A stretch of 64,000 bases of DNA from contig CM082579.2 in the NCBI GenBank assembly GCA_040954595.2, forward strand, positions 6,933,625 to 6,997,624. The letters are read 5' to 3'. The position numbers and the translations under genes are program-made. The notes under the pieces were generated by a model that was not told the origin of the DNA, did no database searches, and saw only the letters and a list, made by a program, of their open reading frames with translations. The stretch's first letter is position 1. Every line of letters starts with the position of its first letter. Source of the DNA: Balanoglossus misakiensis. Taxonomy: Eukaryota; Animalia; Hemichordata. Shown here one piece after another: positions 1 to 26,781 of this stretch.

Positions 1-226
1 AGGCATGTAATACGCGTGCGAATGCACTACAAAATGTATACCAAAGCACTAGAAATAGACCGACCTGCAAATTTCTCTTAGATATATTTATCACTGCCTG
101 TGACATTGCGGCTGTACCCAGGAAAGTTGGATACAGCAAAATGCCATCATTTATACTAAGCTAGCTCGAGTTCGATACAGAAAAAAAAGCATTTGGACGA
201 ATGGTTTTTCTATATTTTTTCTCCAG

Positions 227-1648
227 GTAGTCAACTATGGGCTGGGAGGGCATTATGAACCTCATTTTGATCATGCCATGGTAAGGTTCAATTTAACATA
301 ACCCGCAATGCGCCTAAGTTGAACTTACAAAAAGAAGTGTGTGTTTCACGTGACGACGAGTATAGGAAGAGCGAATGTATGTCTTGCCTGGTTAGGTGTA
401 AGATCGAGTGCAGCTGTACTTCAGCGCTGGACGGCAAATGATATTGCTATCGTTTAATTCTGTGTTATTAGGAAAAGGACTTGCACGACGTTCATTTACC
501 AGGATCAGGGAATAGAATGGCGACATGGATGTTTTACGTGAGTAACTTTTAATGTGTGTTCGGTCGGTCGGTCGGTCTGCCTGGCTGTCTGTATGTCCTG
601 TCTTTACACTTGTCTGCTTGTTATTCATTTCTGGAGTTATTTAATTTTGTAACGAGACATTTTCTTTGACGATGCCTTTCCAGATGAGTAACGTAACGGC
701 AGGTGGATACACAGTCTTTCCTGAAGCAGATGTGTTTGTACGGCCGATAAAGGTACGGTACGCACTCCTGATAAACAAATTTTTACATTAAACTTGAAAC
801 TAATTAATACAAATAATCATTGTCTTCGTTTGGCCACTAAACAGAATGCTGCAGTATTTTGGTACAACCTGAAACCGTCGGGACGGAGTGACGACATGAC
901 ACGACACGCCGGGTGCCCGGTGCTTATTGGCAACAAATGGGGTAACTATATAGATGCTTCTCACTCAGTGTGAATGATACCTTGATGTTTTGTCGTGATC
1001 TACTGCAGTTGTCGGTGCTGAATTCCTCTACTTTGTTTCATAGCATTAACTACAAAGGAAACGGCATTAGCAGTGACGTCAGTTGTGACACGATTCCTAA
1101 AATCCAGTAAAACCCAGAGAGAATCAATTTCAGTTGATTAAGCGACCGCTGTGAAGGATTTGACGTTAAACAGACGTCCATATTATGAATGATATAGGCC
1201 TAGTCAATATCTTTCTCGTTTGTCAGAAATCCGAAACGGGCGCCACTTTATTGCTTGCAATGCAGTGAGTGTTAGGGGTTAATTCATGAGACTATTATTT
1301 TCTTACCCTTTTCCTCCAGCTGTCAATAGGAGATGCTTGCACGATACTTAATTATTTGTAGAGACTTTTGCAGTATTCTCTCGCAGCCGTGGTCTCCAAA
1401 AACGTCAGAGTTCAGATGTACATCATTTATAGTTGGGGGCGCTATTCAACACGGGTACCCCCAGCAAAGCACCCAGCAACTGTTTACCACATCATGCATT
1501 GCGTTTTTGCTGCGCTATTCTAAAAAAATAAGAAAGTCTTGGTTTTTTTTCATTTTCAGTGGCCAATAAATGGATTCATGAAAAGGGGAATGAGTTCAAC
1601 CGCCCGTGTAATTTACAACCTGAAGCAGTCACTGATTGGACAACATGA
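227..1648 (+). CDS. P4HA: Prolyl 4-hydroxylase alpha subunit, last five coding exons (5' part lies outside the window)
   Basis: GT-AG exons 227-280, 472-537, 684-752, 845-941 and 1560-1648 join in frame. They read VVNYGLGGHYEPHFD...GNRMATWMFYMSNVTAGGYTVFP...AAVFWYNL...TRHAGCPVLIGNKWVANKWIHEKGNEFNRPC...stop. This contains the H-x-D, distal His and 2-oxoglutarate-binding Lys motifs of collagen P4H alpha. Paralog number not assignable. Confidence 0.95.
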
Positions 1649-2648
1649 CCGTTTTCACTGCGCTAGTCTCAGTGATTGTGTGCAATACTCAAATCGGATA
1701 TTTTCACTGTCAAGTTGGGAACATACAGTTTGGGTGACTGTTTACTCAAATCGGATATTACTGATGGCCCTGTTTTGCCCTGTCAAGTTAAATACAGGTG
1801 GCTGACTGTTATGGGAACCACAACCATTATTGCCTCAAAAAAACTATCATCAAGATCAAGTTTATTTTTTTAGTTCGGTTGTGTTTGTCAATTTTGAGTG
1901 TTTTGTTCAATGCAAGGTGTAACTGTGGCTCCACAGCCATCCTGGTCGCCCACAGCATACTCTCTGCCAGAAATACAGCTACATTAGGTGCAACACGCCT
2001 CACAGTGTTCTGTTCTGGTAATAATGTTATGCAATAGTGATGTAAATTGTATTTGTGAAAAAAAAATCAGAGATTTGGTTATTAAATATTTTTTTATCAT
2101 TAAATTGCATATTCTTATTATTCTCTTTGATAATTACAAAGCCTTGAAAACCTGCTGGACCCAATCTGACTGTCCAGAGGTTGGCCATCCTGATGGATGA
2201 AACTGCTGCTCCATCTTTTGAAGAAGATCAGTGATTGCAAGTTGAAACTCAAAGAACTGACAATAAACTCTTCAACCGTTCAGTTAAAGCAGGGTTTATT
2301 ATCTGCTATAAAACATACAACACACAGTAGACCCCGCAAAAAATCTTCACTCCATCAACGTCAAAACCATCTGTGCAAACCACGCTCACTGAATTTAACC
2401 GCTAATGCGTAGCATACTAACTGTTCTGCCAGCTTGTGCTGGAAATACTATAGTCTCCAAAAACAGTTGGAGAATTAATCATCAGAAACATTCCATCCAC
2501 AGCCGACAATGTGATCAAACACACCGTCGTAATTAGAAGATGACACTCTGGGGTTTTGCTTTCAGCAACACAATCAAAATCTATATATTTTTTTTACATT
2601 GGCTAGAACTCCAAGACAGAAATTCTAATCTTCTAAAAGTCTATCCAT

Positions 2649-3466
2649 TTATGTCTTCTTTAGGAGTGATTCCAGGGCTTTTACCACCTGCTCACTGCTC
2701 ATGTTGGTTAGAGACACTTGCGCTTCTCTGCCACGTTCTGAAAATAAAGACAAGAGATTAAGGATCAAAATGTCACTTTTAGGATACAGTAAAACCTGTT
2801 CACACAAAACTCAAACTACCCAGTTTCTCATTTCACCACATGAGGGCGCCTGTCAAACTTGTCCACTTGGGTTAGAGATGTACACATACAATTTTCCCCA
2901 GTGTTATCTCCTTCTAGGTTCAAAGATATACGTTTTGTTCAAGAATTACTTCCATCTGGCATCATTTTAATTCCTAATGGAAAAGTTTTAGTGGCCTTTA
3001 AGTTTATGCCTCTGTTTGTTACGTGTAAATGTACCTGTAACAGTATAAAACATACTTACCATATCTTGCATACATTTTTGGTTCAATACCACTGCATTCT
3101 CGAATCAAAATAGGAAATCGAGGATTCTGTTGCTTGATGGGCACATAGTTTTTCTCTATGAAGTTCCTATAAACAAATAAATCATGATACATAAAGTACT
3201 AAAATTTCATAAGATTGTAATAACTTACTTTACAATCACACTGTTAATCCTAAGGACCCCCCCCCCCCCCCCCTTTTGCTCGTAGAGTTTCTACCAAAGA
3301 TCGAATGGGTAAGCCGTTGCTATTTCAACAAATAAATCATTCCTTGTCATACTGTGATGAAGTAGAACGCATACCTGACTCCCTGACTAGCTTGAGACTT
3401 CTGACAAAGGTGAATACGTAGTTCTCTCACGACCCCAGGAAATCTTCTAGCAACTGCAGACGCCAT
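2649..3466 (-). CDS. NDUFA2: NADH dehydrogenase (ubiquinone) 1 alpha subcomplex subunit 2 (complex I B8), 95 aa, 3 exons
   Basis: Minus-strand exons 3466-3375, 3166-3060 and 2737-2649 (288 nt, GT-AG) encode [95 protein letters not shown]. This matches the NDUFA2 signature ([16 protein letters not shown]...P..PILIRECS). Confidence 0.95.
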
Positions 3467-4030
3467 CTTTGAAACCCAAAAATCACACACACATTTTTTT
3501 GTACACTTAGGGAGTTTGCAGATTTTTTTTTCAGATCTGTTAGTTGTCTAAAGAAGGAAATTATATCGGAGGGCAAAGAGGAACTTTATTTTAATAAACT
3601 ACGCCTTTATAAGGTGATATCGGCTATTTCTCGACAATTAGGGAATTTAATTTTGGGACAACAGGCTACAGCCATATTACAAGAGTTGATCGTAACCTTT
3701 GCCCTCTGAAAAATTGGGCTACTCCCACAATTCAATGCGCGAGCGGTACTTTTCAAGATGGCTGCCCTGGCTTAGAATGAAATATTTTGTGTCGACGAAA
3801 CAGTACGCCGTCCGGCCTTTGCTGAAGTGACGATTCTTCAAATTATCACCGTTTTTCCGCAGTGGCACTGGAAAGCCGGATTTGAGCAAAGTATACCGGC
3901 AAGGAATAAACAGCGCCAAAATCTTCAGTTCGACAGGTCAAGGAAGTCTGACGGTTCATTTTGAAAACAATAGTCGGACACTAAGTGGTCCTATTGTTGT
4001 CTTGATCAAGGTGACAGTCATTCAAACAAG
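3467..4030. promoter_or_regulatory. Bidirectional promoter region shared by NDUFA2 and NEK1
   Basis: Divergent ATGs at 3466 (-) and 4031 (+). Contains a ZNF143/Staf-like motif CTCCCACAATTCAATGCG (~3722-3739) and a YY1-like motif CAAGATGGCTGCC (3754-3766), and is locally richer in CpG. Confidence 0.65.
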
Positions 4031-18323
<14,293 letters not shown>

Positions 18324-20410
18324 CCCAGCCACCTGCAAATAAGTGCCTGAGTTTCCTTCCAACCCTTTGAACCCGAGCATGGGAGACCACTTCTGAATGA
18401 TGTCATAGGTCATAGGTCACCATGGGGTCAGGTGCGTAGGGTTAATATGCAAGAATCTTACTTAACGGATCACCAAGTATAGAAGTGTAGAGTAATGTGG
18501 AGATGATAATTACAAACAAGTTTTCATATTATTTTATTTTATTTGCTGTGTGTATGTACTTTAATTATAAGATGTGTATATATATATATTTGAAGGTGGA
18601 ATTTGAAATTGATTCTTAATGAAGAGTTGCTGTATAACATACTTTCCAGAAATAGGCATTTTGAAAGTTACTTTCGAAATTTACATTTTCCAACACAACT
18701 GAATGGCTTGTAAGATTTCTGTTGACATGTGTTGTACATTTGTACTTGTGTATCTAACATAAATGTTAGGAATCACAGTGACTTCAAAATGTAAGTGCAA
18801 ACTTACATGCGGCTATACATTGAGCTATGAAAATTTACTTTTTTTGCAGCTTTGTTTTGTTTTCATTCAAATTTTGATTTATATGAAGCCTAGCTGTTTT
18901 TTCCCGAGTGTGGGAGAGAGATGAGCTCATGAAGTGTCTACTGGTAGTAATTAAGTTTTAGTTGAAGGGACAAAGTTGCTGTCTCTGAATTGCAATTCTG
19001 CCTTCTTGAAAATTGAAACTTATCAAGAGGGAAGTGACTTTGTCCCCGTCTAGTGTGTTGTAGTGAAGTTGTATCATGGATGCACAGCACTGATTTGTTT
19101 ACGTGTAGAATTGGCGTAGTTGAGTGTTTTTTATTTGACATAGCTTAATAGAGAGAGCTGACTGACCAGACATCTCACAGATACATGTCAACATAAACTG
19201 GTACTACTTAAACGGGATATTCCGTTAATTACATCAGTTGCCGTTCCCGTCCATTTAGTTACTTAAATGCAGTTTTTTTTATTTGACTGTGTGGATGCAT
19301 GATGTGAATTTTGTCTATATTAAATTGGCTTATTTTTTCCCGTGTTTAATGGCTTCTTTCTGTGTGAGAATTCACATCAATGCGCGTAATTTACGCAGAA
19401 ATTTGATTATTCCTGCCAATCTCATGCATGTCTGTAAGCACATGCAAGGTCCAACTGAAACATGCAGTTGAAATACTGCACTTATCTCTTTGCCGATTTG
19501 TTCGGTCCAATTGTTTATTTTCTTCTGTCGTACTTATTTTTATGTCACGTTATAATTCGGTTCACAACGACATACAAGTATAAAATCTAAAATAATCAGA
19601 ATGTTCAGATATTGTGTACAAATAGGTGAATATAAATAGTGATCTACATGACTAAGTCATCTGCTTTTAAAAGTGTCTCTGTATACTGTAAAAGTCGCTG
19701 TTACCCCGCAGCCATTTGTGTTCAGATAGATTGAAAGAGTGTCATGGTTTATGCTCAGCAGTTAACGTGAAGCATTTCTGTCCGACTAAGAACTGCAGTC
19801 TCAGTAGTTGGCATCTGTAGTTTTTAATATCACGCAGCCTGCCAGAACATCTTTTTCCAAGGCTTTTTACAGAGTTTCTTTGCCATCAGCAATCAAGGCT
19901 ACCGGAGAGTAGTATTAGCTTTCCTGCACGTTGAAATCGTGTGATCAGGTGTAATGTGCCAGATGGGCTGCTTGAGGTTATAGAGCTGTCTGAGATTGTT
20001 GACTGAGCAAAATTCACGTTTACAACACCTCGTTTCCATGCTAACAGAGGATTTTATCACTTTAGATCATCATTTAGTACATAGAGTGATTCCACGTTCA
20101 AATATGTAACCAGGAATTTTTCACTACAGTCCAACATCTAAGGAACTAATAAAAAAAACTTACTTCAGTAAAATTGAAAGTATTGCCATTTCTTTTAATT
20201 GTGAAGTTTTGGATTCTCCTTTGTATGTATAATGAAAATCCTTAATAAAATATAGGGATGTTATCCAATGGCGTGATACGTGAACAGAAATTACAATGTG
20301 CCAGACAACAGTTTTGCGATTATTTATTAATTGTTTCTAATGCGGATTTGAAATATAGATGTATGTTTTTGTGTAAGAAAAAGAATCACACACACTAAGG
20401 CCCTAAGTGC

Positions 20411-20495
20411 AGATTTCTCATACTCGCCCAGGATTGTCTCGCACTCACCTTCAGCTCATGCGAGACAAAATATCAACAACTCCTGTGAGAAATCT
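20411..20495. repeat. Nested inverted repeat (probable non-autonomous DNA-element remnant)
   Basis: Outer arms AGATTTCTCA / TGAGAAATCT and inner arms TTGTCTCGCA / TGCGAGACAA. Confidence 0.5.
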
Positions 20496-23400
20496 AATCC
20501 CAGCTCCTTGGTGGATTTGATATTCTATTAATTATGTGCGCACAAAACGTAAACTGCGCGTCTTTTATGAGTGATTTATGCTCCTTGCTTTGAAAAGCGT
20601 GAAGGTTCCCCAGGCTGCTGCTGCTGATGATGATGAGAAAGCACAATCCCCCTTTCAGTTCAACTGACGGTTTCATACAAACTTTCCCATCTCTAGGCAG
20701 ATTTCAATCTTGCATCATCACAGCAGCTGCTGGTGGCCGTCTGCACATCACGTCTCAGTCATTTCTCCATCAACACCGAACCGGAGATAAGGTTCTCGCA
20801 GAGGGCTTGTGTAACTTAGCAATAACAGGCATCCCGCTCGGTGCGCTTCTATCGTTGTTGCGTGACAGCTATTAGAATGATTGCTCTGAATGCGGGCTGG
20901 TGTAGTAGACGAGTCTGAAATTAAAGAGGAGGATATTGGCTGTGATATCTCCTCATCATCAGTGACAGGTTTACGGTGCTTTTTTTCACTTTTTGATCAT
21001 TTCGGCAGAATCCCGGAGTTGCGAAATGAGGGGGATATGAAAAACCTGACGCGTGGGGGGGGGGGGGGGAGTTGAACCACTGACCATGTCGACCAAGCTT
21101 TGTCCTACGACGCCTAATCAAACTACCACTCCGGTGCCGGGGATCTGTAAAATCAGGGGGGGATCCAGATGCCACACCACATCGATATAGTTATCCAACA
21201 ACGAAAGGGACGGTATTTTATCAAATTAAGTCAGCGCATGTGCACTACGTCACGTCACTTCGCCGGGAAGCAGATTTGGGCGGTATTTTCTCAAAATAAT
21301 CTGTTGCAAGCCATCGATCACAAGTCTTCTTATTCAAAGGTTGCCATGTCATCCTATATACACATTTTCCTGAAACAATGATATTGAGACGCCACTTCGA
21401 GGTCATCACACAAATTGTACATGTGCCTGTTTCATGACGAGAACGATTCTTGCCGCAGAGGAACTACGACTTCGCCACGTGTTCACATTACACGTGTTAA
21501 TACCAAAGACTTAAATTACATGGACCTAATTGAACAAGAACTTTACTATTCATGCCCCATGGCATTCAGTGTGTCATGCCGTCTGTACTGTTTGACTAAA
21601 CTGCATTGTTAGTTTCGACAAATAACACTCGGCTTCAATTTTTCTTCTTCAAATTTCCTCTCAGCGATGAAATCTACAAACTCCGTAGAGAAAATTGCTT
21701 ATCAACAATCTGAGTAATTTGAAATGGCGTACTGATCTGTTAGATATAAACAGGTTTCAAGGAATTATCTTCTCAATGCCTTCGTGGTATTCACGATCCC
21801 AATTTAGAATGAACTCATGGATGATACAGTAAGGGGTGGACTGACATGCCTATGATGAATATATAGTCCTTTGCAAATGGCGGCTAAATGTAATTCTAAT
21901 TGAGTTGGCTATTTGGTATTTATTTGAATGACGAATTGGTCAAGGCAACAATCGGAAATCAAAAACTACCGGATTAAAACGCTATCTGCACCCCATATCG
22001 ATATTCACTTTAAAATGAGTAGGCCTACCTGTCGCACGCGTCACTATATCGCCCACTCGTATTTAGCATGTAGAGGATCACGAGATTGCTTTTCGTATTC
22101 TCCATGTCTTCAACTTACAAAAATTGTTTATTTAAAGCTCCATTAGCTGTAACTTTTTGCTGTACTTTCTGTATTTTTTGTTTTGTGTACAACTATACTG
22201 CAGAACGAAATGCCCAGCATTTAGTTTATAAACACGTCCTAAACTGAAAACAAGAAAATTAGTTGGCATTGAAGATTTGCTCCAAGAGGGTGATTTGCGA
22301 GTGGTATATCGGATGCTGCTCTGTCTCAGTATAATATCGCACATGTGATGTACAATGTACTTATATGTACCGAATGGTAATTGAGAAAAAGAAAGATAAA
22401 TGGTGGGGTTAGATTTCACCATTTTAATGATCCAGGCCAAAACTCACGACAAAGAGCTGGGATGTATGGCGTATGTACACACGTAAGACGACGGATCAAT
22501 GTGCTAACGAGCGCTCAATCATCCAGTTGAGAATTGCAAGAAAATACACTTCTTTTGTATAGTCTCCCAATCGTTGCCCTAAGATATGCTCAACTAATGG
22601 AAACTTAATCCATGCAGTGCAGTCAATAAAAGCACCTGGTTTTACCGCACATTATTTTGATGTGTCTGTCACGAGGATACCTATACCCCATCTGATCAAA
22701 ATCGTGTATGTGCTAATTTCATCTTGTTTCATATCGGTCATGTTACGTTGATAATGTCAGTAGCCTAGAGAAACGGCTTCTTGAGAATAGGCCTACATTT
22801 CATATCAAAAGTCACGAGACTCTCTTTTTTTACATTTTTTTTGTATGATCAAAGTACGACAACTTCTTTTTGTTTGCCGATCGAAGAGGCCTTTATTTAC
22901 AAGTTAAAAGTAGTTCCGGTTGGTGACGTCAGAAGTATGGCAAGAACAATAACGCTTGCTCCGTATTACCCTACTTAGTATATAAAGTGCGGTGCTGCAT
23001 GTGTATGTGATAAACACGCTAACTCTTTAGATTTGTTGCCATCCGTGACGTGACAGATATTGTAATAATACAGAGCAATTCGAGGAATATTAATCATTCG
23101 AAACTAGTTTTGGATAACTCTTGGGCAACGAAGAACAATCGTTTTGGGAAAAGGTCGGTTGGTGAACGGGAAATAATATACGAGACTCCTTTTGACATCC
23201 TCATGTCCCAAGGCACCGCGCAGAAAAGCAATTTCTTTCCAAAATCACACACGCACAAAAACACATTCACACTCTTTGTGACCGACGGGAACAACATGCG
23301 TTGCCTAGGTTTCAGATGAATGGGGAAACAGAATTTCATCAACATCCGACTGCAGCCAACGCTCAACGCTTGCGTGTTTTTCCTTAGTGTCGCTACCTCC

Positions 23401-25528
23401 AAGACCCTGAAAAAAAACCACCCCATCCACGATTAAACGTTTTCTTTCGCTGTTGTGTGAACCAACCTGAAGTTTTGCTGACGTCGGGAGAAACATCTAT
23501 TTTTGACTAGTTTTCGGGTTGTTCACGCGGCATGAAGTCGGCGTTGAACGAAAGTGCGCCTATTCTGGGTCCTGTCGAACTGGCTGCCTTGACATGTTTA
23601 CATGAAAACATTCGGAGGCGTGCGGACGCGAAGACTCTTATCCAAAGTCAGCTTATTTTCATATCCACGCCCCCCCCCCCTTCCGACCCGAAATTAACTC
23701 TTGCAAAAGCCATTATTGCCTTCATCCGCTGGAAAACAGTTCTGTTCTCACAGTAATACGTGTCTCGAAAATAAATCTCGGGGGTAACTATGCGAAGTTC
23801 TGAATCCGAGAGCAAAATTACCTCAATTTGTCCCAAGTTTGAAATTCAGAATTGCCGCCAATGGAGAAAAAGAATGTCATATTTAAAAAAAAAATAAAAA
23901 CAAGACGGTGATCCTTCAGTTTTCTTCATTGTTTTTATACAATTTAGGGTAGGGTTTGCCTGCCAGTGCATGGGCAGATCATAATGTAATTAAAAAGTCA
24001 TATATCGATATATAGTTAATGTTTCGTTTATTTCTGTTCATGGCCTCAGCCCATCGTTCAAAACGACAATTTGATTATACAAAGCATACAGCTCTCAGAA
24101 AATGTGATTACAAATCCATATATGTAAATGCCTAAAATAATCACTAAACAGAAGTATGTATACAATACAATGTTAACAGATTGTCGTGTACACATTCTAC
24201 CACTTTTAAACCCTCTTATCAGAAATAAACATAACATTAACGGATCTCACGAATGTTTGACGATTCAAAAAATGAACTTATCTCGACTTTACTATAGATT
24301 AAAAGAAGTCGCCGCTTTCAAAGACGTGCAATCGGGTCCGATCGGTGGGATAGTCAATAAGTATTACCGACATTTCTCTCTCCTCGTATAGGCTATACAT
24401 ATGTACTTGGTTTGTTCCATTATTTGACTGCTAGTTCGGTCGCATACGTACAAGAAATTGGGGGGGGGGGCATTGAAGGATGGAATGAAAGGCGGCGGAG
24501 TGAACGCATAGGGAGATAATGATTTGATAAAATTACGAAGTCGACACTTACTGTCTTTATACGTCTTGCTATTGTGCGTAATTTCTCTGCCAATTTTTTT
24601 TTAGCGAAAAGAGCTCTGGTGGATTTTAGAACGACCTCCGCGGGGTTATAGAAGCATACTGCTTTTGCACTGCAGTATACTCATTCCGTCTTCCATATAA
24701 CAACCGCCAATTTCAATAGGCTGGCGTCACGATCACGGTGTAATTTTTTTACCCTTTTGGACAGAAGTAACTGATATGTATGATTAAGGTAGGACGCCCA
24801 TGGCCTTGTATGTCACGTGGAGTTTTGTGAAAACATGCACTGTTACAATACATGTATTATCATTTTTTTTGAGGTGTTCAGAAACGTTCACCACATGCAT
24901 ACTTATCTATCCCTAACATTCAAATATACTTAAACGAGGTATGCTTATCCAAAAAAACATTAACTGTAACTGTGAAATCTCAAAGTATAGAAAGTTTTTT
25001 TTGTTATATTTAGGATCAATTTTGTAAGTTACGTTTCATTTTAACACTGTGACAATAGTAATGAACCGATAACAACAATAATAGTCATTGTCAATGACAC
25101 AGCACCCGCTTGGTTAATAGATTTCAAAAACAATTGATGCGGTCATGATGACATACAATCAGTCAGGACTTTTCTGAAAAAAATGAGTTTGACATGATTT
25201 TAACAAAGTATTACGAAAACCGGGTACTTTCTTGGAGAATATTACTAAACAATCATTGACAAACATCGTATACGCAGAGATTGTCAGGAAAAAATGCGAA
25301 AACAGAGTTAAATAGGAATATTTAGGGACCAAGAGTCATGTTTACAGTGTACTTGTGTGGTAAAACCAATGACGACACACATTAGACAGTAACGTTCATA
25401 CTGCTAGCCTAGTCTCGGTTACCCAGATCCCTCTGCTTCTTCCGCTGCACTCCAGAAAGAGGGTCAGGGGAAAATACCATAGAAAACTCTTCGGGCAAAG
25501 ATGGCCATAATGTCACACAACGCGAAAT

Positions 25529-26683
25529 CTAGTCAATGTGGTGTGCTGCGGTGGTACAGAAGATGATGTCGTCGTCATCTTGAACATCTTCAATCTGCAG
25601 GGATTCCTCGACCTCCACGTTAAACACCACGGTGCCCATGCTCTTGGCGGAGGTCTCGCAGCGCGACAGCGAGAACATGTTGTTGCTGCTTCCGTTCGTG
25701 TGCGGCTCAACTTTCACGAAACGCCTGAAGCACAGCATCCTCCTGAACACGTGACGCAGGTCCCGTCTGTAAATGCCGTAAACGAACGGGTTGGTCGCGC
25801 TGGACAGAAACTGCATGAAGGACGCGAAGGTGTTCACCGGGCCGGGGAAACTGTACTTACTGGTGACGATTTTGACAAGTTTGGTGATACAAAACGGCGC
25901 CATACAAACAACAAATATGGCAATGACCACTGCGATGCTCGTGAAAATCTTACGGTCTTGCGAGGACATGAGCGAACCTTGGCCAGCTGCAGTCTTGTGT
26001 CTGCTTATGAGTCGGTACACTTTCACATAGGCCAGAATCATCGCTACGCATGGGATGAGGAAACACAGGACAAACGCAACAGCGACATACACTAGCGGGC
26101 CCTTGCTGTGGCGGTAATTCCAATCTATAGCACAGACGAGCTCCCAATAATCGTATATGACCCAGGATGAAATCACTGGCACGATAGCGAACACAACTGC
26201 CTGGAACCAAACGCAAACAATATAGGTAGAGACCGCCGATTTCGTCATCACCTTGGTATAGGTGGCTGGGTTGACGGCGGCCAAGTATCGGTCGACGGCT
26301 ATGATGCACAGTGTCAGCATTGACACGATGATACAACAATAGTTCACAGCGCAGTGAAGTTGACACCACGTTGATCCGAAATACCAGTCGTCGGAAATCA
26401 TGGATAAAATGGCGAAGGGCATCACGGCCGCCGCAGTCAGAAAATCGGTGATGCTCAAATTCACGATAAAGTAGTTCGGCGCGTGTTCTTGAAGCTTGCT
26501 AGAGTACAGCACAGCAGCTATGACCAGTGCATTTCCTAACAGAGCAAGAATCATCACAACGGTCAAACACAAAGCTCCCAGTATTCGCCCGCTCTCACTC
26601 CGCAGTTCTTGCACGGACTCCGTCAAGTTTGAACGATTCCCGACGTCGACGAACCCCGGACCGAAAGCGAACGTCGCATTCAT
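25529..26683 (-). CDS. Orphan class A (rhodopsin-family) GPCR, GPR161-like, 384 aa, single coding exon
   Basis: Seven hydrophobic segments with GN (TM1), NLSITD (TM2), WC..SMLTLCIIAVDRY (TM3), FLIP..MILAY (TM5) and NPFVY (TM7). The ORF-track start is TTG; the first ATG is at 26683 (MNAT, an N-glycosylation site). A strong upstream splice acceptor at 26880 implies a 5'-UTR intron. Confidence 0.9.
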   Translation of the reverse strand: MNATFAFGPGFVDVGNRSNLTESVQELRSESGRILGALCLTVVMILALLGNALVIAAVLYSSKLQEHAPNYFIVNLSITDFLTAAAVMPFAILSMISDDWYFGSTWCQLHCAVNYCCIIVSMLTLCIIAVDRYLAAVNPATYTKVMTKSAVSTYIVCVWFQAVVFAIVPVISSWVIYDYWELVCAIDWNYRHSKGPLVYVAVAFVLCFLIPCVAMILAYVKVYRLISRHKTAAGQGSLMSSQDRKIFTSIAVVIAIFVVCMAPFCITKLVKIVTSKYSFPGPVNTFASFMQFLSSATNPFVYGIYRRDLRHVFRRMLCFRRFVKVEPHTNGSSNNMFSLSRCETSAKSMGTVVFNVEVEESLQIEDVQDDDDIIFCTTAAHHID

Positions 26684-26764
26684 GATATAGGCACGGACGG
26701 ATATCTTCACGAAAACGTCTTGTCCCAACTCATCACTGTGTTCGTTTGTATGTAGACGTGCGGT

Positions 26765-26781
26765 CGCCGCCAGGGGGCGCC
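26765..26781 (+). promoter_or_regulatory. CTCF-consensus site
   Basis: CGCCGCCAGGGGGCGCC closely matches the CTCF core CCASYAGRKGGCRS. Occupancy not shown. Confidence 0.5.

Noticed and set aside
2400-2600. Possible C/D-box snoRNA from CTGA/TGATGA-like words
   Set aside because: The boxes are not in the proper order with a terminal stem; the region is simply downstream of the NDUFA2 stop.
3257-3273. Poly-C/poly-G homopolymers (also near 10507, 21055, 23670, 24459, 29660)
   Set aside because: Common low-complexity runs with no shared flanks.
20490-25400. Short ORFs and a possible minus-strand acceptor near 20914 between NEK1 and the GPCR
   Set aside because: No recognisable protein motif or consistent exon chain in any frame.
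25529-26683. Opsin or biogenic-amine receptor assignment
   Set aside because: No Lys at 7.43 and no Asp at 3.32.
26684-26728. N-terminal extension of the GPCR ORF (399 aa in the track)
   Set aside because: It begins at TTG; eukaryotic initiation at ATG 26683 is more plausible.
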